64,000 nucleotides of DNA from Selaginella moellendorffii (lineage: Eukaryota > Plantae > Lycopodiophyta). The stretch spans positions 66,316 to 130,315 of the forward strand of contig NW_003314403.1 of NCBI RefSeq assembly GCF_000143415.4. Reading direction: 5' to 3'. Both the position numbers and the translations under genes were made by a program. Below, piece by piece: positions 26,099 through 39,802 of this stretch (positions are counted from its first letter, which is position 1; every line of letters begins with the position of its first letter). Below the pieces are notes generated by a model. It worked only from the letters and a program-made list of their open reading frames with translations. It was not told the DNA's origin and made no database searches.

Positions 26099-27620
26099 GG
26101 TTTATATGGATAGTAACACATTGAGCTATTTTACTATGCAGCTAAAGGTTATGCCAAAGTAGGCTCATTCGCAAAAGAAGCTCACTAGATTCAATATTGA
26201 AATCATCTATAAACCTAGTAAAGACAATATTGTTTTGGATGTGTTGAGTCTCCAAGCTCAGTTTCAGGCAATATTAGCAATCAGTTCAAATTGGTTGGAG
26301 GGCATTTGCACTTCATATGGAAGTGATCCATTGGTGAAGGCAATCTTGCACCATACGAAGTTGTCGAAGCAAAACCTTGGTAGTGAAGTAGCGAAAGTTG
26401 CTAGTTGTGCCAATGCAAAACTTCACTTCTTAGTTCATGATGGACTTATTTTCTATAAACAAAAAAGATTGTATCTTCTCTCTAAGGATCTGTAGTAGTT
26501 ATTTCTATGGGAACATCATGATGTTCTGGCAGTGGGACATGGTGGAAAATAGAAAACACTAGCTTCATTAAAAAAAGGATTTTTCTGGTTTGGTATAAAA
26601 GGTGATGTAGTGGATTATGTCTATTCTTGCCCTATATACCAACAATGTAAGCAAAGAACTAAGAAGCAGGCTGGGAAGTTTCAATGCATTTCATCATCAA
26701 AATGGCTATTTCAAAGTGTGACATTTGACTTTATCACTTGCTTTCTGAAATCTAAGGGTTATGATACTTTGATGGTGGTTGTGGATTGGTTGTTACAGAT
26801 TGCATACTTCATTCTAACTATGGAAACAATGAATATGAAACAAATAGCAAAGCTCTTTTTCTATGAAGTAGTGTGGGTTCGTGGTCTTCCCGAAGAGATG
26901 ATCTTAGATAAAGATTTGAGATTTATGGGGAAGTTTTGGGGCATACTGTTCTAATTATTTGGTACCAAGTTGAAGTTTAGTACCACTTATCATCCTCAAA
27001 CTAATAAGTAGACTAAAGATGTGAATGCTCAAGTTGAGGATTATCTGTAGTACTATATCATGATGGATCAACACGATTGGGTTGAGCATTTGGATATAGT
27101 AGAATTTTTTTATAACACATTTCACAGTGCTATTGGCTGTTCTCCATAGGAGATGCTGCAAGGGAATGCTTATAGGGTTCCTCAACAGATTGTTGTATCG
27201 AAACCAAATTTTGAAGTGTTAGTCTTAACCGTTAAGACTTATATGGACTAGCTATGCCAAGGTTGGTCTAGAGCTATTGAGGCAATGGGCAAAGTTAAAG
27301 ATAGGTATCGACGTGATAAGGATTAACATCGTAGGGATGTATCTTATCAAGTGGGAGATCAGGTGTGGTTATCTTCCTAGAACTTGAATATTAAGGGATC
27401 TTCATCTCGAAAGCTATTATTGAGATATGTTGGACCCTATTAGATTTTGAAACAAAGTGGTGATATATCTTATCGGTTGGATCTTCCTCCAAAAATGTCC
27501 AATGTTCATAATATATTTCATACCAATTTATTAGCTATTTACACTATAGATGTTACATATCAAGGGCAAATTCATCTGCCACCAGAAGTTGTGGACGGTA
27601 ACCTGAATATGAAATGGAAG
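26099..27620 (+). pseudogene. Decayed gypsy RNase H end, integrase and start of chromodomain
   Basis: YVYSCPIYQQ, VTFDFIT..GYDTLMVVVD, YRLDLPP..VHNIFH and PPEVVDG; continues 13400-14564. Confidence 0.8.
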
Positions 27621-27672
27621 CTATTTTGGGTACATGCTAGCTTAAACATGCCAAACATTAAGACTGCAAGGG

Positions 27673-28838
27673 TGTAAGCCACAAATTTTTCCTTTCCAAT
27701 TTGTCAACTTACCTCGTCTATCCGACCAACACTACCTTGGCTTGTGCTAAGTTCCCTTGCCAAGGTTCTTGCCTATTGTACCAGCTCCTACTTGGTCCTA
27801 CTTGGTTTTAGCTACTCACTACACGAGCAATGGAGAGTTAGCCTTCAATCCATGGATTCCCAAATCTCTCCCAATCCCCCTCCCCAGGTTAGACTGGACT
27901 TAAGGTTCGGCTACACTCTCCTCAGGCACAAGTAGCCAAGCACACCAAGCCTCCAGGTTCCTAACACCCCTTAGTACAACAAGACTTGATCATGGGACCC
28001 TCTAAATCCCAAGCCTTGGGTGCAACACTTGCTTCGGGAAATTGGGGCAAAACACCGTGGCCTAACGGCCCGGTATGGGTACCTCTACCCCCCCACTTCC
28101 ATCCCGAAGGAAAGGCCCAAGCCCCTAGGAAGGGCGAGGACCAATGAGCCACAAGGTACTCAAGTGGGGCACCACTCCACATGAGTCGGGAGCACCGCAG
28201 TTGGTTTCCCTTTCGGGATTGGGAGCTGCTCTTGAGCACTTCCCTGTGTGGCCCCTCCGACACCACCCAAGCCCATGCTCACTCCCACCCAAGGCCCTTT
28301 GGCCCTAGTCTCAACCTCAAGTCAGTTTGGAAGCACCACTGGAGAGTTCCTTCAAGACTGGTTCCTGGACCTCACTATCCCTACTATACTTTTGGAACCC
28401 CTTAAAGCACCCCCCCCCCCCCCCCCCTTGGGAGACGCATGCTTTGGGCTTTCACCCCTTGACCCGTATTAGTATTTGGACTTAGTCTAGAATTCGATCT
28501 CGGACTCGATCTCGGACCTGACTTCGGACTCGGTCTCGGACTCGATCTCGGACTCGATCTCGGACCCGATCTCGGACTCGACTTCGGACTCGACCTCGGA
28601 CTCAGTCTCGGACCCGATTTGGATCTCGGACTCTGTCTCGAACTTGGTCTCGAACTCGGTCTCGATCTCGGTCTCTGATTTGGTCTCGGCTCGATCCCGG
28701 ACTCTATCTCGAACTCGGTCTCAGAGTCAGTCTTGGACTCGATCTTCGACTCGGTCCCATCCGATAAACTCTTTGTCATTTCGGTCATGCTTTCGGGGAT
28801 CCTTTAGCCTATGACATCTCGAAGAGTCGGTTCCTACA
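27673..28838 (-). mobile_element. Solo LTR, family B
   Basis: TG...CA ends, 5-bp TSD AAGGG, and the inverse homologue of 51748-52763. Confidence 0.85.
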
Positions 28839-28843
28839 AAGGG

Positions 28844-29797
28844 CTTCCAAAAGTATAGTAGGGAGAGTGTGGGGGTTGGATCCTAGTGGAGCCAGTTTGG
28901 CTAGGAAAGGCTAGTTTGGCCCAGGAAGGTTATGCCTAAGTGCTGGGTGATGGGATAACCACTAGGTAGTCTAAGGCTAGAGTGAATACAGACCGACAAA
29001 CGGGGTAACTTGGTGAAGTGTTCAAGAGCTAGCTCTAGTTCCCCTAGGAGATCGAATGGTCGATGCTCCCAGTCCAAGTGTGGGTGGCATTATCTACTTG
29101 GATACCTGGCATGGCTTAATAGAGCCTCGCTCTAAGCCCATGGCTAGAGCACCCAAAGGCAGAAGGCAGAGAGAGTACCCATGAGGCCCGTGTAGGGCCA
29201 CGGTGTTTCGAAATGTTGTCCCAAAGTCTCAGACTGTGGAAAGGAAGAGGAGTAGCCCTCTAGTGTGGTGACCAAGGACATAGTCACACGGTGAGGAAGT
29301 CCCAGAGGACAGTGGGACTTAGTGGTCAGGCCTGTGGGCCTTGATCCGGTGGTAGTGTTGGCAAACATAGCCATGGACATAAAAGGACTTGGTGGGGACC
29401 GAAAAGGAGATATTGGAAGGCTATTCCCCATGTCTGTGGGTATCCTAAGGATGCTATGGAGTGGATCTGAGATGACCACTCATGGACAGATGGCCCAGTC
29501 TTTGAGAGATAGGATTGCAATGTAGGTGGTGTTGGACCACCGATGTGACCAAGGTGAATGGGCATGGCCTAGCGTAATAGGCTGGTATGTCAGTAGTAAC
29601 TTGGGGTGTCGATCATGGGATCGGACACATGAAGCACTTGGACCAACTGCAAAAGTTGAGTGGCATGGATGCCATTTTTGGGGTTAACAAGCCCTAAGTC
29701 TTGCATTGGACTTATGGAGGTTGTGAGTGAGACTCCTCCTAGTGGTTGGAGAGGTGGTTAAGTGACTAAAGTAGAATGGAAAACTTAGTCGCTTACA
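28844..29797 (+). repeat. 3' part of LTR family C followed by decayed tRNA-iMet PBS
   Basis: Ends GTCGCTTACA, then ATT TAGTATCAAAGC; homologous to 45830-46787. Confidence 0.75.
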
Positions 29798-30865
29798 ATT
29801 TAGTATCAAAGCTGTTCCTTAGTCCGACTTTTATTGGTGGCCAAGTATATCACCACTTGTATTGGTATTGAAAGGTCCTAGGTATGAACCTATCTTCGAG
29901 GAGTAGCATGTTGAGAGGACATGGCTCTCCACTCAAGGTCATACATGAACTTGTGTGCAATATGATGGATGGAAAAGGGCTAGTAAGGGAACAACTTTGG
30001 GATCTTGGGAACAATATAAGAGTTTCCTCAAAGAGTTGAGAATGTGATCCAGATGAGCGTTTGATGCAGCAAATGGGCTAATGTAGTTGTGGTAAACAAC
30101 TATAGTTGGGATCACGGGAAAGATGCAAACTCTAAAAAAATAAAGGAGTCACAAGATTACCCTCATATAGTTGAGGTTGGTGCTCATAAATTTGAGACCA
30201 GAATTGATGACCGTGGGAGGTTAAATATGGAAAGGGACATAAATCCTTGAAATGGTAGTCGGGGCTACCTTTAATAAATGCTAGAACAACTTGGGGGTGT
30301 ACTTAGAGGATGAGGTGGTATTCTCATTACATAGACAAGTGGTCCTAAGGGGCAAAGGTTGCCCCTAGAGAATAAAATCAAGTGCTGGAGTAACACTTGC
30401 AAAGATGGTCCTTATGAGTAGGACATGAATACAAAAACTTGTATTCCAATGAGCTAGCACCTCAAAAGTAGGACCTCATAGGTCATCAGATTAACAAAGT
30501 CCAAAAAGCTAGATGACTCAAATAGAGTCAAGGAATAATCTTAAGGGATTGATGGAAGCATTTGGACTAAGGTGTGTTGTACCCCACGAAGGATGGGGGG
30601 GATTATAGTATCCAAGTATGAGAACAGTGGGTATCTCATCAATAGTAGAATGTGCCATACTAAAGTCGTGGGAAAGGTGTTCCCAAAACGAAAGCAACTT
30701 TGGTATAGAGTTGTGTGTGAACACTATAGTGCAGTGCTAACTGATAGTTGGCATGAGAAACGAATGCTTTGGTCTTGGCAAAGACCCAGACACAAATGAG
30801 AAGTGTCGTAAAGGTCAATTTGTAGAGATGATGGTGTGGAGACACCGAATATGCCAAGGTGTGTT

Positions 30866-32342
30866 TGTAAGCAACTAATTTTTCAATTCTACTTTAGTCA
30901 CTTGACCACACCTTTGACCACTTGGAGGAGTCTCACTCACAACCTCCATAAGTCTTATTTCAAACTTGGGCTTGCTAGCCTCGAGAATGGCATCCCCGCC
31001 ACTCAATCTTTGCACTTGGTCCAAGTGCTCCACGTGTCCGATCCCATGACCGACACCCCAAGGTACCACTGACATATCAGCCCATTACACTAAGGCCACG
31101 CCCATTCACCTTAGTCACACCGGTGGTCTGACACCACCTCCATCACAGTCCCATCTCTCAAAGACTGGCCATCCGTTTATGAGCGATCATCCCAAATCCA
31201 CTCCTTAGCATCCTTAGGATGCTCACAGACATGGGGAATAGCCTTCCCCAATATTCTTTTTCCAATCCCCACCAAGTCCCTTTCTACTCATGGCCATGTT
31301 CGCCAACATTGCCACTGGGTCGAGGTCCACAGGCCCGACCACTAAGTCCCCCGGTCCTCTGGGACTTCCTCCTCACATGACCGTATCCTTGGTCTCTACA
31401 CTATAGGACGGCTCCACTTCCTTTTCATAGTCTGGGACTTTGGGGCAACATTTCGGAACACTGCAGCCTTACGCAAGCCTCATGGGTACTCTCCCTGCCT
31501 TCTGCCTTTGGGTGCTCTAGCCATGGGCTTAGAGCGAGGTTCTGTTGAGCCACGCCAGGTATCCAAGTAGGTAGTGCCACCCACACTTGGATTGGGAGCA
31601 TCGGCCAGTCAATCTCCTGGGGGAACTAGAGCCGGCTCTTGAACACTTCACTAAGCTACCCCGTTTATTGGTCTGTGTTCACTCTAGTCTTGGACTTCCC
31701 AGTGGGCAGCTCATTACCCAACACTGGGTATAGCCTTCCTGGGCCAAACTGGCCTTTCCTAGCCAAACTGGCTCCATTGCAGTCCTCCCCCTTATTATAC
31801 TTTTGGAGCTCACCAAACCCCCTAGAGTCTGGGAGACGAACACTTTGGGCTTTCACCCTCTCAGACTCAGACTCGGACTCGACCTCAGTCTCGGTCTCGG
31901 TCCTGATCTCGATCTTGGTCCCAGTCTCGGTCTCAACCTTGGACTCCATCTCGGATTCCATCTCGGAATCCGTCTCGGTCCATCTCAGACTCCATCTTGG
32001 GTCCATCTCAGACTCCATCTCGGGTCCATCTCGGACTCCATCTTGGTTCATCTCAGATTCCATCTTGGACTCCATCTCGGACTCCGTCTCGGTCCATCTT
32101 GGACTCTGTGTCGGTCCATCTCGGACTCCACCTCGGACTCCAACTCGGGTCCATCTCGGACTCCATCTTGGACACTTCCACGTGTCATGTGTTGGTCCTT
32201 TTGGGTCCCTTTTTGGAGCCTTGCTTATTGCTCGCTTCGTGCTTGTTCCTCGAGCACTTTGTTGGGAGTTCCACTCCCACTCTCAAGCTTTCAAGTCGGA
32301 GCTTTTAGTCCAAATGTGTTCCACTCGTTTGGCTTTCACTTC
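30866..32342 (-). repeat. LTR family C, inverted and truncated, with CTCGGA/CCATCT hexamer array
   Basis: Begins TGTAAGCAACTAA. Contains the empty-site version of the copy-3 insertion point at ~31805-31840. Confidence 0.8.
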
Positions 32343-32440
32343 CCCCCCTAACACGTGAAGCTCTTCAGACGCCATGACGTCGCAGAGTTCACTTATCCCC
32401 CCTAGAGTGAGGCAAGAGCTCAGACACGACTTCGTTCTAC

Positions 32441-32913
32441 NNNNNNNNNNNNNNNNNNNNNNNNNNNNNNNNNNNNNNNNNNNNNNNNNNNNNNNNNNNN
32501 NNNNNNNNNNNNNNNNNNNNNNNNNNNNNNNNNNNNNNNNNNNNNNNNNNNNNNNNNNNNNNNNNNNNNNNNNNNNNNNNNNNNNNNNNNNNNNNNNNNN
32601 NNNNNNNNNNNNNNNNNNNNNNNNNNNNNNNNNNNNNNNNNNNNNNNNNNNNNNNNNNNNNNNNNNNNNNNNNNNNNNNNNNNNNNNNNNNNNNNNNNNN
32701 NNNNNNNNNNNNNNNNNNNNNNNNNNNNNNNNNNNNNNNNNNNNNNNNNNNNNNNNNNNNNNNNNNNNNNNNNNNNNNNNNNNNNNNNNNNNNNNNNNNN
32801 NNNNNNNNNNNNNNNNNNNNNNNNNNNNNNNNNNNNNNNNNNNNNNNNNNNNNNNNNNNNNNNNNNNNNNNNNNNNNNNNNNNNNNNNNNNNNNNNNNNN
32901 NNNNNNNNNNNNN
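32441..32913. other. Assembly gap (473 N)
   Basis: Run of N. Confidence 1.
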
Positions 32914-34222
32914 GCTCCAGAAACAGTGGCGGCACGCCCTTCCAGCGACTCGAGGTATCATATATCTGTCCTATGTTGTAGTGTTGCCTGGAGGTCACGT
33001 TGGTGGGTTCTGTGAGACACAAAATCCCTAGGCCCCAAAGTGGAGCCGGAAGGGCGCCACGCGGTAGTGGCCGAAGTGAAAGCCAAACGAGCGTAACACG
33101 TTTGGACTAAAAGCTTCGACTTGAAAGGTCAAGAGCGGGAGTGGAACTCCCAATGAAGGGCTCAAAGAACAAGCATGAAGTGAGCAATAAGTGAGTCTCT
33201 AGAAAAGAGACACAAGAGGACCGATATATGATACGTGGAGGAGTCCGAGATGGAGTCCGAGATGGACCCGAGATGGAATCCGAGATGGAGTCTGAGAAGG
33301 ACCCGAGATGGAGTCCGAAGTCGAGACCGAGACCGAGACCAAGACCGAGACCGGGACCGGGACTGAGACCGAGGCCAAGGCCGAGACCGAGCCCAAGCCC
33401 GAGTCCAAGTCCGAGTCCGAGTCCGAGTCTGAGTCCGAGTCTGAGTTTGAGTCTGAGAGGGTGAAAGCCCAAAGCGTTTGTCTCCCAGACTCTAGAAAGC
33501 TCTATTTCGTTAAAATGGGATTTATTCAGTAAAATGGGACTAGGTACAAATTTTCAAGTATTTGAAAATGACGTGAAATTATATGTTTTTTGTCCAGAGG
33601 CTAGACATATCTAGGGCATGGTGACTAGCGCAGTGACTTTGTGTCCAGACTGAGTCCATCTGGTTGTATAATAAATCTCATTGTCAAGGTGAACAAGCCG
33701 AATCTGAAGCTAAAAAACAGCGATGGCATGCACGCACACACTATTTGTTTGTTCATTGAGCGTGTGGTGAGCTTTCCAAGATGAACGTCATTCCTATTAG
33801 CCAGACATATAACTTAATGGTGAGAACATTTAGATATTATTCAATGCTATCTTTTTCTAACGAATCTAATTGCGAAGGTGTAGCAAGGGGCATTGCTAGT
33901 CTGGAGAAGTCATTTAACTCATTTGACCCTTAGTGTATTTTCATGAAACTAAATAACATTCATATTATTAAGGAATTTCTCTAGTACCTTATTTTTACAA
34001 TATAGAGGCTTGCATTTCTTTCAAAGGTGATTTAGTAAAAGGCCTGAGGGCACATGCCATTCTATTTCTCAGACCGGTATTAAGATATACTAGTGCAAAG
34101 GGAAAAAGGTATTTGGTGATCAAGTAAATGGCATGAGGGCACACGCCATTATAAGCCTAAGCGCTAGTGGACACCTCCTTTTTGGTGTCACGCCTCACGC
34201 CTCACGCCATCACGCCATGCCA

Positions 34223-37200
34223 TCACACCTCCTCTGATTCAGATTCGGATTGTTCACCTTGAAATAAAATACATTAGAAACTTAGTAAAGGAATATTAAT
34301 GAATCTCACCTTGAACCCGGGCTATGAATGCTCTTGCTACATCTCTTGCATGGTCTGGCAAGGTGATGGTGGCACTCTGCTTCCGCATCCAACCATGCAC
34401 AACATTATCCACCGATATGCTCATGCTGGGATCCCTTGGATTCAGCACCCATCTCTTTTCTAGGCAATCCTTCATATATCCGGAACTTGGCTTAAACCAC
34501 TCCACAGTTACATTGAAGGAGTTAATTTCCGCGTCCTCCTCTACATCAGTGATGCAGCGCCCCACCCATATCATTTGTTTTTTACTACTAAGTCTAACAA
34601 GCACGACCATTCCTTTGCAGACCTGTACTGGATTGAATGCTGAATCCGGCTTCTTGTTCCTCGGCCCACAATAGTGATCCTCAACATCGTTATCTATCAC
34701 TGCATTTTCAGAGGACATTGTTCCGCTACTATCTGGTGCTCTGGGTTCTGGCCAAAAGGACTCTTCCAATTCTTCATATACAACCGGCCCATTTTGGATA
34801 GCAGATATAATCTTCTCCCAGTATTCGAGCAAAGGCTTACACCTCTTAAAATAGGATTCTCCACCAAACACCAACCCCCTCTTCCAGAAGGCAATATGCT
34901 GTCTAATCCCGGCCACTATACTTTCCTGGTCTTTGAGTCCATCCGGGTGCATCGGCCGTGGGGAACCCTGAGGAATCATAGGTTCCCCAGTTATGGGATC
35001 TCTCTTGAAGAGTTCAATGCCATCCACTGGCAGCCACACTGTGTCCCATTCTCTCATCTTGTACCTCATCACTGGAGCACCGTCACGCATGCTGAAATGA
35101 AACTGAAGAGGCTTGGAGTGGCCAATCAGCATTTCGGATCCGTCCCTGATGTAGCCTCTTACAAACCCCTTAAAGTCTGGAACCTCTGTCACAAGTGCAG
35201 CTTCAACAGTGCCTTTGATGCAATTTTGGAATTCATCGTAGAGTTGTGGGAGGGTGAGGACATTGGATCGCCGGAGGGACTCTGCCAGGTGACTGAACAT
35301 GGCATCGACGTCTTCATGAGTGTGCCCAACCATGAGAAAGCCAAGTGTAACCGTTTCAAATATGCCTTTGGCAACAAGCATCGCCAAGTACGCGAAGACG
35401 TACATGTTTTTGTTCTCACTGCCAGCATTGTCTGTTTGGAGCAGAAGATGGGGTGGAAGGCCACATCGGCCGCAAGAACTTCCTTGAGATTCTGCTTCGT
35501 TTGGATGAGGCTGTGCATTCACCGGGCGACCAGCCTCGTCGGAATGGCATGAGGCCTCACGTGATAACCCTACAATCTGACGGCCAACATATTCACTGGG
35601 ATGGCATGGGGCCCCACGCGATACTGCAAGCCTTTGCTCCTCCTCCAGCTGAACCCTATATGGGGTTCGATCGACAAGGGCCTTATGCAAGGGTTGGCCG
35701 TTCAGCTCAGTCTGCGCACTTTGCAGAGACCTTAAGTGTTTTGCTAGGGACGCAATCATCATGTTTGCACCCCCGCCACCCATAGAGGTACAAAGAAGTT
35801 CCCATAGTTCTGGGCACCATGCCCATGAGCGATTATGCCAAACAGAGACACAGGCAGCTGCATGGATGAAGAGATTGCCTTGGGGGCAGGATTGAGTCGA
35901 GGTAAGCACGTCTTTTTCTGGTCCATTTTGTCGTGGATGATGCAGAGGTAAGAGTCAGGTCTCTCCATGGAGAGAATCCTGTTATGATAATATGCAGTCC
36001 TGCAGCTTCTCTGCTCGATGTTGTGGTCCAGCCACCTTCTAACCACCGTCTCTCGCTCTTGAGTGCTGCAAGAATTCTTCGACAAAGCCATTTTGATAGC
36101 AGTGCACTTGTCACACTTTGAAAAGCTGGAGTACTTTCCTATACTCACATCCCTGAACCTGTTGCTCCACAATCTACTAAATCTAGATTGGCTCAGCTTC
36201 CTGTAGCCATTACTCTGGAGTTCCCGATTCACATCTTCCAATATGGCCCCCTTGGTATACATGGAAGGGAGAACTCGTTGGGTGTCTCGTGTTCCATCTT
36301 CCAAGAGGCGGGTTTTATGTGGTTGCTGCTCGCTACATGTGTCGACAAACCTCTTGAAGATTGCCTCTCCATATACAACATGACCCATGGTTTTGTGCGT
36401 ACCGTCGTTCCCATGGACTGCCTGTTGAACCCTTTGTTCCTCGAACTCAGTTTTGATTCTGTAGAATGTGCTTCGAGGGACTCCATAAATGATTCTCCAT
36501 GCCTTCATGCAGACCAAACCCCTCTGGAAGACCATGCCCCCCACCTGATGTTCTGAAGCATCAACAGATGACCGTAATGCCTCATACACAAAATTGCGAG
36601 CTGCCTTCCAGGACAATGTCTTGTATCTTGCTCTCTCCTCTTCAATAGCATCCCAATCAGCATGTTGACAGCACCTCCTCTTGCAACAAGCAACTGTCGA
36701 GACCATTCGAACCTCCATCGCCATTTTCTGCCTTTTCGGTTTGTTGCTCAGATCCCTTTGGCTGCGCTTTAGGAAGGTGTACTTTCTTTTCCTATGAAGA
36801 GATGTTCTGTCATCAGTTGTAGTGGTGTTTGATTGTGAATCCTTCACATTCTCAAACACTAAGTGCCTCAATTTCCACCGCACAATGCTTCCAATAGTCA
36901 GACTGTTTTCTTCTGCGTCAACAACCTCTAAAATCGCAACTCCAATATCATCCCAGCCCAATTCTTGATTAGCAACCGCATCTCTTGGATCGACAACTGT
37001 GGCTAAGCCCTCAGCTACCACCTCCCCCTCGGGGTTGTTTAGAAACACCTTTGCCTGAATCCATGTAGCACGGTTCTTAAGATCCACGGAGGGAACATGC
37101 GTTGCACTTGCGCTGTCCCCAACATCTGCTTTCTTCTGCAGATTTTTCAAGGCAACAACAACATTTACCCCGACGACCATCTCTCCTCGTTCAATAGCGA

Positions 37201-37363
37201 CCACATTCCCATCGAAGACAGTCTCTACTGATACAGCAGCATTGCTTTCCCCAAGCCTTTGACAGTGTATAACAAAGTTCCGATCCATAGACACAAGGGT
37301 CCCTTTTGCAACTCTCTTCCCACCATTCAAAATGTAAACCTTTTCCCCAACCCTGAAGGCCAT
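34223..37363 (-). pseudogene. Sola-like transposase, copy 3 (single 1-nt frameshift near 35780)
   Basis: ORFs 35759-37363 and 34296-35909 overlap at a G-run that lacks one G relative to the other copies. All motifs are present. Confidence 0.9.
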
Positions 37364-39802
37364 TCTGAAAGTGCAGAAAAAAAGTTAAGACCATACAAAA
37401 AATGATTGGAGAATGGCCTAAATCATAACATACCAAATAGCATGAGGCCACATGCCATTATTCAAACATGCTATTGACACCAACGTGAAATTTCGCATTC
37501 ACAAATTTGGCATGAGGCCTCATGCCATCTTGATATACACACAGCTGCAGGCAAGTAAAAATATACATGACAATATGCTAGCCATGAAATTGCAAGGGCC
37601 CAAGATGGCATGTGGCCTCATGCCATTTCTAAATGTGGTCCTAAACCATTCCATGGTGAACATACCACGAAGCACAAGTGCCGAATATCAAGAGGAAGCG
37701 GTAGCCACACCAAAGACAGTGCCGCTCGCAACACCGCAACTACTCGTAGCGCCACTCGCAACACCACAACTGCTCGTAGCGCCGCTCGCACAAACTGCCA
37801 CTCACATAAACTGCCGCTTGCAATGGCGCTCGCAATGCCGCAACCGCTTGTAGACGCATAAACCACAGCTCACAACGCCGCTTACACAAGCAGCGCTCAC
37901 TGCACTCAGCAGAACCAAGAACACGGCACACAAAAATGATAGACCTAGGAATGAGTTCAAGAATTCAAAAATAACACACGCTTGAACGTCACATCAAATC
38001 CTCTGACAAACCAGATCTTATGATTCCTCTGACAAATTTCAAACTGAGTAGCTTCTAGACTTTGCTGTCGGAGGTTGAATTTTGTCACATCATGTCCTTG
38101 CCTCGATCCAGCTGTGCCATGTCAGTGATTCGAACTTTGCCATGCCATGTCAGCGATCCATGCCAAGATTATTCGCCGTGTAAAGGAATAATTATGCTGT
38201 GTGTGTACGTCCATTTATGGCAATATAAGGCCACACGCCATTCAAAGAATAATGCTAGTCGAGCATTTTTTGGTGCATTTTTGGGTTCAAAATTGCATGA
38301 GCCCACACGCTATAAAGTTTACCTGTACCAAAAATAGAAACAGCTTTATTTACTTGGGAATTTAAATGGATGAGGCATTTTTAAACTTACAAACACATGC
38401 CCTACTTACATTCCTTTGGTTGCTTAAAATTCAAAAATATTATAAACCTTTCTTTTCGCATTTTCAATGTTTTCAATTATGGTTTTTGATTTTCGCAGGA
38501 CCAGCCTAGTAATCTATTTGCATCCCGTCATGTTTATAGCTAGCTTTCGTTTGTCCCCTTCGCTAGCCTGAGATACATCTGCTCGGCATCTGCCTCTTAC
38601 AGCATTTGCCCAGAAAGGGCATCTTTCTTCACGCAGCATTTGCCACATGTTTAGGGTTAGGGTTTAGGGTTTAGCAATTCAGTAGCTTGATAAACATGCA
38701 AATACAGAACTTGATGCAAAATCCTTTGATATGTCACAATGCCCCTAGAACCATAAACACATTTCAATAGAGAGGGTCCTTTCATTTCATAACTCCTTAC
38801 GTAGATTTTGGTAAAACCAGTGTTAGTGAAGTTGGTTTCTTGTGATCCCGCATCTGATTGTGATGTCCCTTTGCAGTGTCGATGGAAAGGTCAATGCACA
38901 CCAAACTGTAGAATCTTGGAGCAAAATAACGGTCGGATCTATGGCAAATGCCCCTGAAACATTGTAAGGCTCGTGTGGTCTCATGTGGTGTCCGATCGAG
39001 ATGCTTTTTTGCAGGGTCATCAAGAAGGACATTGTATACCATTCTGTAAAATCTAGTTGCGAGCATTTTTTTACGCCGAGCATTTTTTGGTGCATTTTTT
39101 GGGATCAAAATTGCATGAGCCCACACGCTTGAACGTCACATCAAATCCTCTGACAATTTATTTAGCTGAACATCTGGCATTTTTGGAAATACAAGATGCT
39201 TTGGAATATCCAATCATGCATGGTATAAATATAGCGAGGGTATTAAATGATATCCCAATCATGATCTTTCTTTTGGATTTCGCATGCATGCAGTCCGAGG
39301 AATGATGACATTGCGGATTTCTTTTGGATTTCACGCATGCGCGCGCTGATCCAGAAATTAATGGTGGCGCCCAAGTCCGAGGAATGATGACGTGGCGGGA
39401 TTACCAACTGTCGTGACATTTCGCGCGTGTGAGGTTAGGTTTTGCATTTTGCTTCGTACTCGCGCTCGCATCGCGCTCCCACTCGCGCTCCCACTTCTCT
39501 ACAGGTTTCTCGTGTGCATCGGCGTCCACTCGCGCTTGCATCACACTCGCGCTTGCATCACACTCGCGCTCGCATCGCGCTCGTGTGCATCGGCGTCCAC
39601 TTCAAGACACACCCAGTTTGTAACTTCGCCGCCAACTCCGCCGCCCACTCCGCCACCCACACGCAGCCCACTTGGCATCCCGGGAGATTTCAGCGCCACT
39701 CTCCAACTGTAAGTGGCAGAGTAGCCTTGCTGCTACGATCCGCTGCACACATAGTGCACATTCGCCAGCGAGTCCGGTTGTCACGCCTCCATTCGGCTTC
39801 AA

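Noticed and set aside
31639-32358. Ser/Arg/Glu-rich ORFs here and at 28402, 33107-33532, 49389-49787, 50945-51444 and 51799-52292
   Set aside because: They are open frames produced by hexamer arrays inside LTRs.
32374-33022. ORFs spanning the N run
   Set aside because: Assembly-gap artefacts.
34674-35552. 292-aa antisense ORF repeated in several copies
   Set aside because: It is a shadow of the transposase; recurrence reflects copy identity and it has no recognisable motifs.
37452-39305. Short intergenic ORFs (60-133 aa) between the divergent genes
   Set aside because: They are repeat-derived, their starts and lengths change with indels between copies, and they have no motifs.
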